Positions 26,801 to 41,793 of a stretch of DNA of 64,000 bases are shown here, piece by piece (position 1 is the stretch's first letter; every line of letters begins with the position of its first letter). Below the pieces are notes generated by a model. It did not search any database. It saw only the letters and a list, made by a program, of their open reading frames with translations, and was not told the DNA's origin. A program made the position numbers and the translations under genes. This DNA is from Chlorokybus atmophyticus. Lineage: Eukaryota; Plantae; Mesostigma and Chlorokybus algae. The DNA is taken from positions 188,640 through 252,639 of the forward strand of contig RHPI01001616.1 in assembly GCA_009103225.1 (NCBI GenBank). The letters are read 5' to 3'.

Positions 26801-27200
26801 TCGCATGTGGCAGGTTTTGGACTTTGTATCATTGGACGAGGATGGCAGCGTCACGCACTGGCGGCTGGCAAATGTCAAAGTCAATAGGGGAGAAAAGGTT
26901 GTCTAATGTGGTTCTCGAAAACCACAGAGCGGCTCAGCACACACAAACACGCAGACATGCTTGCATGCACGCATGCATGCACTTGCACGCATGCGCACGC
27001 GTAAGTATGCGCATGCACATGTGCAAGCATACACCTGCCAACCCATAGATGTGTGCACGCGCGCATGCGCACGCACGCATGCAGTAACGTTCCATTGGCC
27101 CTTGTCGCAGGGCAAGGGGCTGTCAAAGAAGCAGCGCGAGCGCATCCTTGATATTCCAGTGTCGGCGATACAGCGCGTGAACCTGCATCTGGACTTTTGA
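23802..27200 (+). CDS. RimP/DUF150-like organellar ribosome maturation factor
   Basis: Targeting-peptide-like MLARAAAALARR; acidic linker; RLDKLSDQYGSPTLEEIS, YSVEVSSPGAER, LERFKALPMRVNY, THWRLANVK, GKGLSKKQRE..VNLHLDF*. Confidence 0.88.
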
Positions 27201-28130
27201 CTGAGGATCGAACAGCTGCTTATTTGACAGCAGTTGACTGCGAGTTGATGTGAATATGCGTTGCTTGTGCCTTCACAAGAGAACAGGTTTTTCATTCCAC
27301 ATGTCACACAGCGTCTGCCATGCAACTTGCCATATTCCATCTTCCTCGTTTGGAAACAAGATGAAGCAGCAGTCATTGCAAATCTATAGCCAAATGTTCC
27401 AGTTTTAACAGGCACCATGTGACTGTTTCATGTAGTATAGAGAAAGTGTTTCAATGGCATAACGGGGTGTTAGCAATAGTGTAGGCGGGTAGTGAGTTTG
27501 ATAGGGTAGCATAGCCCGGTGGTGAAGTGTGACAGTGTTATGCTTGTTGTGTGCTCGTTGGATGATTGTAATGGTCATTATGCACATGCATAATGACCAT
27601 CACATGCACAATCATCCAGAGCCAGTGCCTGAGCACATCCCTCGCGCGTTGTGTGTTATGGCCAATTGTCACCAATATGTTACCATTTCGTTGGTGCAAA
27701 TTGCTGCACAAGCGCCTTGGTAGGGGGTGTCTCTCAGCAACTGTGCTTTCCTGCATGTTGTCGATAATTTTCTGCATACAGCCTTCACCCATAGCAGCTT
27801 TGACACAAGTTCAGCGGTTGATGAGCGCATGCTGAAGTGAAAGCCTTGAGCGCCGCAGTGACACATCTGGTAATGTAACAATTGGTGACACCCTAGCCCA
27901 TCACGCCTTTACTTTTGTTGCAATCTGTTACAATGCACAACAAGCACCGCACTGACATTATGAATACGTGACGTCAAGCAATGCACATTACACACCAGAC
28001 CTCATTGCGCCACGTTGGACATGAGCATGCACAGTCATCACACATGCGTCTACACAATGCTTGTCATACACTCTCCGCCCACCATGATACACCAAAATGT
28101 ACACATTGATATCTGCTGACCCTTTCCTTG

Positions 28131-30377
28131 CTACCTGACTGACTCCGCTTCGCGCATCGGTTGTGCCCTGTCAGCAACACAAATCAGTGACACAAGAAAA
28201 AGTTGACATTCATCAACAACAGTTGCTTGGCATAATTAGATAACATGGGATGCAACATTGTCAACGCACGTCTCACGCGCAAGTGCTTCCAGCTCTGCTT
28301 CTAACCCTTTACACGCCGCCGATATGTCCATGTTCTTCTGTACAAGTTCCATCCACTCTGCCTCAAGACTTCTCAACTGTTGCCCCACTTTCACCTGCAA
28401 ACAACAAACACCTTGCACACATTACAACAAAGGAGAAGTCCAACAAGCAGCTTGCTTGCAGTAAGAGTCTCAGCAAGGGTGAAGAGTGTTGCTGTGTTAC
28501 ATCCGACAAAGACCACACTTGCCTGCTCTGCTTTTCGTTGCCGGTTCAACTGATCAATGCTCTGTTTGTTCTCCTTCAACAATCGTGACAACCTGTTGAA
28601 GCAGCAGGATATGTTCACATGCAAGGGATGCTACAATCTCATAAGTGTTTGAAGCTCTCCAGTGCACAAACCTGGCGTTGGTGGCTTCAAGGTGCTGTAT
28701 ATGCGCTCGCCATGCATTGGGACCAAACTTGACTGCCAGCTCCAAGTTTATTAGCCTGCAACCAGCATGATATTGTATCAACCAGCAGCGTGTACACCCA
28801 GGCGTACGCACACACACACGAACGTGCACATGGACACAGAGAGCGCGTATAAGAGAGTTGGTACTATACACACTGGTTACGATGGGATGAATGTTCAATG
28901 GAATAATGACATCACTCAGAAAGGAACCACAACGCACATCACGCATCTATTCACACATTGCGCATGTACATGTCCTGTATATCCAGCGCAACTTTCACAC
29001 AACAAATACACAACCACTCGCACGCACCCCTTCCCACCTGTTGAACTGGTGCTCTAGCTGCGCGTGCGAGTTGGCAATGGCGGCCTTCCACGCGGCGGGG
29101 TCGGCACGCTTGTTGACGGGCGGGGCCTCCGCGGCGTAGCGCCCCTCATCCATGCCCACCAAAGGAAGACCTTGAGACACGCGGAGAAACTCATTTGCCA
29201 GGAGGGGGAAACGCTGGTGGGGATGAGGGGTGAGGTAGTGGCGAATGTTACACATGGCAGTGTAGGATGGCGACGCAGTTATTGGTATACTGTGGGAACA
29301 GACACTATACCAGGCGGTGTACATGACGTTTGGTGATTAAGTATCAAGTAGCAAACAGCAAAGTGTGGTGTAGTTAAGCGTGGCGATGTGTAGCATACTG
29401 AAACACCAAGTGTACTTTGTTGCAGTGTGTAGAGTTTTAAGCAAAGTTTTCGTAATGTACTTATTATGTGGACTACGCTGCGCCACACTACAAGGACAAT
29501 CAAGTGTAGTGTAGTGTGGTGTGGTGCGGTGTAGTGCAGTGTAGTACAGTATAGTATAGCGTAGTGGTCTTGTGTAAACGTCAGCAAACAGCGTATAGTT
29601 GTACGCGTCCTTCAACCTCAAAGGTAGCTTGATAATGATAATGTGTGCAAAAACGCACACGGTTCTTAAGACACGCGCGCGCACGTACGATGTGTGCAGC
29701 ATGCATTGGTTTCACTCACATCGAAATGCAGCTCGGGCGGGGGCGGCAGCTCCTTCAGGTAATCGGCCGGCTGCTTGGTGCTGCGCTTAAGCTCCTGCTC
29801 GATCAACTTGTCCACCTGCGTGACGTGTTATGCATGTGGTCTTCAATTGGTCAACTGTTAGAACAACTGTCAGAACAACAACTGTCAGAACAAACAACTA
29901 TAGCAGATCTTGCTGACAGAAAAGCTACATGCTTCAATTGCAGTAGCTTACAGTAATAACTGCTTGTTTGTGAATAGTTCATAGCTATCTCCTTCACTCT
30001 CAACACTGAATGTGTGGCATAGACATACAGATGCTCTCCGTAGAGGCAAGCAACTTGCATGCGTCCCATAGAGGAACATGCGTGTTCACAACCTAAACAC
30101 TCGACAACGTGAGCAGCTTTCAAGGCTGCATGTTGCCGAAGATGTATGCTTACTACTCATGGCAAAAAGCTATCAGCAACAAACTGACAAAGCTAAGAAT
30201 AACACAGCATAGAACACAGAACGTGACACTTGCCTGTATTTTCATGTCAGCGTACTGGCCATCGACATAGGGCAGGGCGTCAATCTCCTCAGCCACGGCG
30301 CCGCCCCGCCACCTCGGCCCAAGATCCTCCTTGTCCGTCAACGCAAGCGGCGGAGCCTTTGCCTCCACTCCAGCCAT
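28131..30377 (-). CDS. SPF27: Pre-mRNA splicing factor SPF27/BCAS2/MOS4
   Basis: IDALPYVD, VDKLIEQELKRS, WKAAIANSHAQLEHQFNR|LINLELAVKFGPNAW, IDQLNRQRKAEQ, LEAEWMELVQKNMDISAAC. Confidence 0.95.
29495..29567. repeat. Degenerate (GTGTA)n pentamer satellite in SPF27 intron
   Basis: gtgtagtgtagtgtggtgtggtgcggtgtagtgcagtgtagtacagtatagtatag. Confidence 0.8.
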
Positions 30378-30654
30378 GACGTCCCACTCGTCCCTCCTCC
30401 TGCTCCTCCTCCTGCTCCTCGTCCTCCTCTGCCGCCGCCGCCTGGCGTAGTGGTTCAATTACACCGGTTTCCGTTACGTAATAAGAAACCCTAACGGCGT
30501 CGTTGAGACACGCTGCATTGCTTGACGTTACGGCAAAGGTGCGAGCGCAGTGTAATTTGTGAAGGAGCCTGCGGCGGCAGCGGTGGTGGTGACGGCGCAG
30601 GAGGTGGAGGGGGTAGAGAGTACCACTGTGTAGCTGGTGGCTTGTTTGAGTGTA
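30378..30654. promoter_or_regulatory. Bidirectional promoter SPF27/NUP50 with telo-box
   Basis: 277 bp between divergent ATGs; AAACCCTAA at ~30487. Similar telo-boxes lie near other gene starts (~12743, 22938, 30897, 35430, 35527, 41278, 49312). Confidence 0.6.
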
Positions 30655-34051
<3,397 letters not shown>

Positions 34052-35113
34052 TAGCGAGTTTAGTGTTGTGCAGGAGTGCTTTGGCATGCCTGGTGCGAGT
34101 TCCAATTGCTGTTCAGGGCAATGATGGCGTACTTATGGGCATATGTTGTGGCGGGCAACAGTCACAACATGCTGAGTGGCTGTTGGACATTACCATGTAC
34201 ACAATTGTGCTCTGGGTTCATGTACACTAATGCTGTGGTACAAGGCATGAAGTATGCTGTGTGCTGTCCACGCGTCCATGTGCGCATTGCATGGATCATT
34301 TAAGTATATGCACCACCTACATGAATGCACAGAGTTGAAGTGCACGTAGCTTACGCACAAACTTGCATATACCTGTGCGATTGGTATGCAGCAACAGCAA
34401 GGTAGGTTGCATGCCAGAAAGGTAGTCATTGAGTTGGACATTGGCACTACGCTTTTGCAACCAGAGGCAAAGCTGCACAGAGTGCGTGACATCACACCCT
34501 GGCGTATATGAAAGTTAACTTCACATAGCTGTTGCACCAGGTTGTCAAGCTTTGTCAATGATGCAACCACACGCACATGGTTCCTACATGCATTACACTA
34601 TGCCTGGAGCGTTCTGCACACTCCACAGGATCACATTGCAGTTGTAATCAGCAATGTGCATGCACTCTGATTGGCATATGCACGCATACTGCCAACAGCT
34701 GGCTAACTGGGCTACTTATAAAACAATATCTCTAAGAAGTGTCCGTGCTCACAATGCTGGTAGAGTCCCTCAACACTTTACTGTACTGTATGAAACCTAC
34801 ACAGGCTGCTGCGCACGGCCCAACCACATCTGGGGCATGTGTGCATTGATTCCCAACATACAACGTCAAGGCTTACAGGCTTCCAATCGCTCTCACGTCC
34901 AGCCTTGAGCCAAAGCAGAAAGTAGGGGCAATCCTCTCCATTGCGCTAGCTGCTCACGGCCCCTACTATCCCTAACCATTGTGTGGGCATGTGTCCGGAG
35001 CAGTCCATCTCATGCCTCACATGGCTCACATGCTCAAAGGCTGATGGATGGGTGGAGGAGGAAGAGAGGGACAGAGAGGGTGTGCGTGTCTGCTGGTGGT
35101 GAAGCACCAACCA

Positions 35114-35305
35114 TCAATGGTGAGAGGTTGCAGGAACGGCGCCGTGTGCTGTCTTGGCAGACATCTTGTCATACACGTACTCGCCGGCGCAGTAGGCGGC
35201 GAACAGCACTGCCCCCGTGCCGAACCCTGGAAGGGCGTACCGCAGGTTGTTGCTCAGCATAGGGTGCTTCCTCCACACGAACAACCTCTCCCAGTCCATC
35301 GCCAT
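35114..35305 (-). CDS. NDUFB3: NADH dehydrogenase (complex I) B12 subunit, single exon
   Basis: MAMDWERLFVWRKHPMLSNNLRYALPGFGTGAVLFAAYCAGEYVYDK: plant B12 signature WRKHPML..R.ALPG.G plus a transmembrane helix. Confidence 0.92.
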   Translation of the reverse strand: MAMDWERLFVWRKHPMLSNNLRYALPGFGTGAVLFAAYCAGEYVYDKMSAKTAHGAVPATSHH

Positions 35306-35593
35306 GCTGCAACTTAAAGCGCTGTCCACCCTCGCGCCTACCAACCTCCACGGCCGCCTCCCCACGCTGCCGACGACACCGCCAACGACACCGCCAATGC
35401 CAACGACACTGCCGCCCACGAGCACGACAAAACCCTAGATGATCCCAAACCGATCTCAAATTGATCCAAGCTGTTCCCGATGAAAACTTGAGTGATCCAG
35501 GTCTGAGCCCAAGGTGATCCCTTGTGAACCCTAACAAGAGAACACAACCAAAACACCAGCAAATAAGAACTCGCAAATATGCATTCAGGTGGG
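35306..35593. promoter_or_regulatory. Bidirectional promoter NDUFB3/PFDN4 with telo-boxes and four TGATCC repeats
   Basis: AAACCCTA ~35430, AACCCTAA ~35527, TGATCC at 35440, 35462, 35493, 35515. Confidence 0.55.
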
Positions 35594-37115
35594 ATGGCGG
35601 CGGCATCGGCGGCGGCGGCGCCAGGTGAGGAGGCCGAGGCGGTGGTGACGTGGGAGGATCAGAAGGCGATCAATGCGTTCGGGCAGCTGAACAGCCGCCT
35701 GCAGGAGCTCATAGAAGACATCGCTGTAAGATAAACAACAGGCACTGTTTTCGCTCTTTGACTTGTGGTGTGAGCTTTCCGCACAAATTGTTACAAGGTT
35801 ATATCTTGTGTGTACGCAGATTAGTTATGTTGCTTTGTGTACTTAATGTTCGTTGCAATGTGCGGCGTGCAAAGTGCTTTGAGCATGCATTTTGCGCAGC
35901 TACTTTGAAGTTTTGCGTGAAGTACCTTGTGATGTTCACATTGCACGACACGGCCATATGAGCATCACAAGGTATTTCATGCCTGTAATTTCATTTTGTG
36001 CTACATGCGGCTATTCTTGGTATAGTGTTGCACGTGATCACTTCAAGGAAGTGCTGTGAAAGCTTCAGTTTCATCACTACCGGCCAGAGCTCGCGTGTGC
36101 GTTGTACTCTGCTGCGCTGTATACTTTTCTTTTGTTGGTTTCTTGCCACAAACAGCCACATGCACATGCACACGCGTATGCAACTGAACTCGCTCTCACA
36201 CCAGGACAACCACCTAAGCATACGCGTAGCGCACACTTACTCTCACACTTGCGCACACGCGCACATGCACAAACACGCGCGCGTGCGTGCGCACAGTAAC
36301 AGGCACAGGCATGTACACGCAAGCGTGCACGCGTGCGCATGCACAGATTTTCGCTCTTGGCGCATGCACGCATGCATGCGTGCGCGTGCATGCATGCGCG
36401 CGCATGCAGGCATGCACGCCCGCTTGCGCACCCACATGTGTGCTCGCAGGCCAAGAGGAGGGAGATTGAGGCATTGGACGATGCCAGCAACGAGCTCATG
36501 CTTGCGGACGAGGGCGAGGGTGTGAGACTCCTCGTGGGGGAAGCCTTTGTCACTGTAAGCAAGAATGATGCTCAATGAATCATTGTTGACTGAATGCGCA
36601 TACACTGCACCATACATGTTACTACTTTGCTCTCCCAGTGAAATATGCCATTTCTTAACACTGTTGCAGCTGTATTTTGCAACTGATGTCCTATGCTGTG
36701 CTACCATTCTCCACATAACTACATACCATCAATTGGAGCTATACTAACCATCATGCACGCATGTTTCATTCTGAGGTACAGTATCATAATTCATATCACG
36801 TTGGATCAACTCAGTATACTGGATTCGTATCGGTGATTACACGGCATTGTGTCACTTGATGCAAGCTGTTACGCACTGTACCATGCTGCCAAAAGCTATG
36901 TTTACCTGCTTTGTAGCATACCATGTTGTACTATGGCATGCTGTCATTGACTTGATACAGTGCACACGCAATATGATGCATTTGCCACATAACACTGACT
37001 CATAGCGCTATTTTACATCACAATGTCACAGTTGCGAACACATCCACGCACGCAGGCGCACGTGCACGTGCACGCTAGTGCGCACGCTAGCTTGCATATG
37101 TGTGCGCACGGGCAT

Positions 37116-37148
<33 letters not shown>

Positions 37149-37338
37149 CGTACACACACACACTCCCCAGGTCAGCGCCGACGCTGCCGAGTCGCGTTTG
37201 TCCGAGCTTAAGGAGGAGGCTGAGCGCGAGGTCGCGCGTATGGAGGAGGAGGCCGAGGGGGCCCGGGAGCGCATGGCGCAGTACAAGCACAGGCTGTACG
37301 CCAAGTTCAAGGACGCTATCAACCTGGAGGCGGACTGA
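35594..37338 (+). CDS. PFDN4: Prefoldin subunit 4, 3 exons
   Basis: VTWEDQKAINAFGQLN..|AKRREIEALDDASNELMLADE..VGEAFVT|..KHRLYAKFKDAINLEAD*. Confidence 0.95.
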
Positions 37339-38078
37339 TTTGGGGGGGGGGCAAGGAGGGTGGGTGTGGGTGTGGGTGTGGTTGGAGTGTTGGAAAGCAC
37401 AACTGCTGTTGCTTCATAGGAATCACACATACTGGGGAATACCTAAATTGAAATGCTGCGATGATGTGCCTCAGTCTGTGCTGGTGTATATGCTCTGCGT
37501 GTGCGTGTTAGACAGAGCATGAGCTGTTAGGTAGTAAGCTGGCTGAAGGGATCTGCTAAGGGGTAGTCTTGCATGTCAATGGACAAGCATAGCACATTAC
37601 ATTTGTGACTTGGACTTTGCACGCCGTAGCACACATGCATGCTGGTGTGACTAACGGGGTAGGGAGTTGGTGTACAAGACAAGCGCGACAATGTTGTAGG
37701 CATGCATTTCAACGCCATGCATCACATGCAGTCAATCTCACGCACCTCCATGCCGCACACATGCATGCGACCACCGGGCTCAATCTGTGTTAGGTAGGGT
37801 TAAGAGTAGCCCGGTGGTGAGTTAGTGTGGTGAAGTGTTGGCATGAGATTGCATGTGCCGTGTGCTGCTGATGTAGCATACTAGTCCTTATACACATGCG
37901 CGCTGTAGAGGACGCGGCAACTAGCACGTAGCACGCCACTTGCCTTGTGAAATGTACCACACCACCTACTGTATCAGCATCATGTGGGTTTACCCATTGC
38001 AAACACAAACATACCCATGCAAACACACATGTAGCATACTCTGTATCCACCACTTCCTTTTCCTGCGCACTGCATAAC

Positions 38079-38227
38079 TATATAGCAAGCACCGAGAATT
38101 GACCTTGTACAATTGCTGTACTCAACTAGGTGACAATCTGCATAAATATATAGCAAGCACCAAGTATAGTCATTGTACAATTGCTGTACTGAACTCCTCC
38201 TCTCAACTAGGTGACAATCTGTCACCT
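38079..38227. repeat. Two-copy ~65-75 bp tandem duplication ending in a 9-bp hairpin
   Basis: TATATAGCAAGCACC..TTGTACAATTGCTGTACT..CAACTAGGTGACAATCTG occurs twice; TAGGTGACA-atc-TGTCACCTA. Confidence 0.8.
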
Positions 38228-38431
38228 ACAATACATCTACAACAGCCCCCTTGCCCACAACATCACATTTCACTTACACGGAACTATAACATACACTAGT
38301 GACAGCATGGCAGTTGTTGCTTCAACACACTTCTCTCACTCCTAGCCTCCCACCCAATAGGGCCCTATCGTTGGCACGTTGCTACATATAAGCGCCTGTG
38401 TATACGTGTTGTATGCAAGTATGCACCCATG

Positions 38432-39017
38432 TCACTCCACCACAGCCCCCACAACCCTCAGCTCCGCATGTGGACATATCGTCCTCATCGCCAACCTCGT
38501 GCTATCCGCATGTCTGACCGGCGCATCACTTCTTTCAACCAACACCGCGCGGTCGATATTGGCGTAGTCCCCGCCGCCGGATGTGACGAAAGATATCAAA
38601 GTGGCCTGCAAGGGAGGGAGAGAAGGGTTGAAGGCGGCGCACTCGATGTAAGAACCAGCGGAGAAGAGACCGCCGCGGGATTGCAACACCATGCCTGTGA
38701 GAGAAAAGAGGGTGAGAGGAGGAGGAGAGGAAGGGGAGACCTGTCAAAGGACAGGGCGAGCACATGTGATGGTCGGTTGCAGATATTGTCAACAACGACA
38801 ACAGCAAAAACTTTGTAACAAGCAATCATCCTGAAAAGGTGTGAACATGCTTTGCCACGAACATTATACCACCGTCATAACTACAATGCATGTGTGCATT
38901 CGAACACACATGTGCACGCGCGTTGTGGCATGCAAAGCTTGCGTTTGCAATTTGTGTTCTATGCCAAGTATGTCAATGACACCACGCAACACCACATACA
39001 CCTGCACATGTGCTGTC

Positions 39018-39062
<45 letters not shown>

Positions 39063-41393
39063 NNNNNNNNNNNNNNNNNNNNNNNNNNNNNNNNNNNNNN
39101 NNNNNNNNNNNNNNNNNNNNNNNNNNNNNNNNNNNNNNNNNNNNNNNNNNNNNNNNNNNNNNNNNNNNNNNNNNNNNNNNNNNNNNNNNNNNNNNNNNNN
39201 NNNNNNNNNNNNNNNNNNNNNNNNNNNNNNNNNNNNNNNNACCCCACTCTCCCCACCCTCCACCCTCATCCCGTTCTCCCTCTTCTCCAGCAACAGAGAT
39301 GTTCTCTTGCCCTCTGATTCGTGTAATAGATCCAAAGGTCCGAACCGGTGCGGCAGGAGTAAGGGGAGTGTCGAGGGTGACTTGTTGTACACGAGGAAGC
39401 GGAGGTGCTGGGAGGAGGAGAGCTCGCCAACAAACTGGCGGCAGTGGCCGCAGGGGGCGTGGGAGACGGCCACCACACGGAGGCCCTGAAGGGAGAGAGA
39501 AGGGAAAGATTGTTGTTGTGATTATTATTGATGTTGTCAGTGTTGGTATTAGTAATGACGGTGATGATTTTGGTCTGTTCAGAGAGCAAGATGGACTGAT
39601 GCATCTGCGGTGCGTGAGGATTTGTCAGGAGGAAAGTTGTAGTGATGGACGATAGACTGTCGACACGCGCGCGCACGGTCACACATGCCCACTCTCTAAC
39701 TGCCCACCAACACACTGTGCGTGCGTGTGTGCGCGGGGGGGGGGGGNGGGGGACATGTACGTGCGCAGATACACCCGCGGCAAATGCATGCGCCATGCGC
39801 TTGCGAATATGCGCACGCACGCATGTGATAGCGAGCAAGCGTGCGGTCGAGTGAGCGTGCATGAGCGCGCGCGCGCGCATGCACAAGCACATGTCGCACA
39901 TATCCTCTCATGCTACAGTCACCGCGACAACCGAAACATCACAACAAGGCAACAGCAACCGCACCACCACAGACCGTATCACACACAGCATACTGTCATT
40001 TCATAACACTTCACCTCTTCACCATGAATGAGCGCGTTCTGCACGAGGAACTGCTCCGCGTGCACCGAGTTGCTGAGCGGGAGGCCCGGAAACTCCAGAT
40101 TCACGCCCACGTACAAGCGGCCGCTGTCGCCCAAACCCACCGCACCCACCCTAATAGTGTGGACAGTGACACCATGAGTAATGATACTGTAACACTAACA
40201 TGATGATGTCTTGGTCACACTGTTACTGGCAGTAGTTACATGCAGGTGTGATGTAGTCAGCAGCTGTGACAATGACTGTTATGTTATCAGCATAGAGCAA
40301 TTTGACCGTGTTGCCGTTGTGTAGGAGCACAAACGGTGCAATGATAACCCATAACTTACACAGCAAAAAGACAACATAAAAACACAACATAGAAGAGACA
40401 AACTGCTGGTAGCACAGAATAGAGTGCGTGAAACAGGACCCGTCACCAAAATCATTCACAAAACACAAAATCGGCAATGGACACACAACACAACTGAGTT
40501 TATGTTCTGCAGTTGTGAAGACTGGTGCAGTACACACGTAAGACGAAAAGCAATAACACGCAACAATCCATATAGAACGAGGCACTATAGACTGCAACTG
40601 TTGCATCGGCTAATACCGCTTGGCACATGTCAACTATACTTTCACCCTGTGCAAGAGAATGTTCAATTAATAAAGTTTGCAGGGGCAAATGTGACAGGAT
40701 GATACTGCTCGCGGGTACACGGATGGTTGCCAAGCCGGCAGCCACCAAGGTAAGTAACCGTAGTTTATTGAGATGATGATAAACATAATGTAAAGAGGAA
40801 AACTATCATTCACCACAATGCAGTACCGATACCGATGCAATATCCACACGCACATGGCAATGCATAATTGAAATACAATCCTTTTGAAGTCGTCAGGGCT
40901 GATTTTGCTCTTTGGATCTTGCCCTTTGATTTTACTGACTGTTTGCGTTTGGCCAGCATTGTTGTTTTTACTTTATCAAGCATTGACTAATTCACCACCA
41001 TGAGTATGTTCAAACGACAGTAATTACTGTACTAAACATAGCCACGTAGCGCAATTGTGCTTGAACATAGCGACGCAATTGTGAATTGGCACAAATGCAT
41101 ATGTGCGCGTGCGTGTGCCTCATACCACACCTGAAATTGCTGATTGGCGGCCTGGCTAGCGCCTGTGCGTCCGGCAGCATCGCCAGCAGAAGCTTCTCAA
41201 TGCCAGTATAGCCTTCTCCCCTATCACCATCATCATCATCAACACCATCAATGCCATTATCTATACCATCAGTCTCAAACCCTAACGCCGCCGCCCTGGC
41301 CTTCGCCTCCGCCGCCTCCAGCATGAACACACCCGGCACGCCAGGCAGCCCGTTGACCCCGCCCCCGCCGCCGCCACCATCCCGGCCAGTCAT
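38432..41393 (-). CDS. CDA: Cytidine deaminase, plant homodimeric (CDA1) type; part of the CDS lies in the N-gap
   Basis: [10 protein letters not shown]|[34 protein letters not shown] (40150-40023)|[25 protein letters not shown]|[18 protein letters not shown]. Confidence 0.93.
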
Positions 41394-41793
41394 ACAAACA
41401 ACCCGCGGATAGGTACCACTCACAATGCCGCCACCACCGCCGCCGCTTTGGCCTGGTCTGGCCTGGCTATCGGCCCAACGGCGGCTAACGCCTAACTAAA
41501 CGGTTCAGCCAGGTTCAACTGATTGGGTAAACCAATGTGAACTTGAGTCCAGTCAGCTTGACGGAGAATGCCAGACTTCGCGTCAAACTACAAAAGCATC
41601 TAGCTTTTTCGCTAACTGGGTTTTACTGCGATTTGCAGCAAATCGCTCTGATAATTTCAATCAGAGCTGAAAACAACTTCAACCAAATTGAAGCAAAATC
41701 ACTGCATGAGGATTTTGCTGTGTGTAGGCCTACCCAACGACAAGCATGGTAGGTGTGCTGGCTGTGATGTAGATAGCTGCCACGGCGAGTACA

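Noticed and set aside
40370-40750. Intron stretches resembling degenerate CDA exons ([10 protein letters not shown]; VAAGLA..LPL)
   Set aside because: The genuine intact exon was found at 40150-40023; the similarity is likely chance
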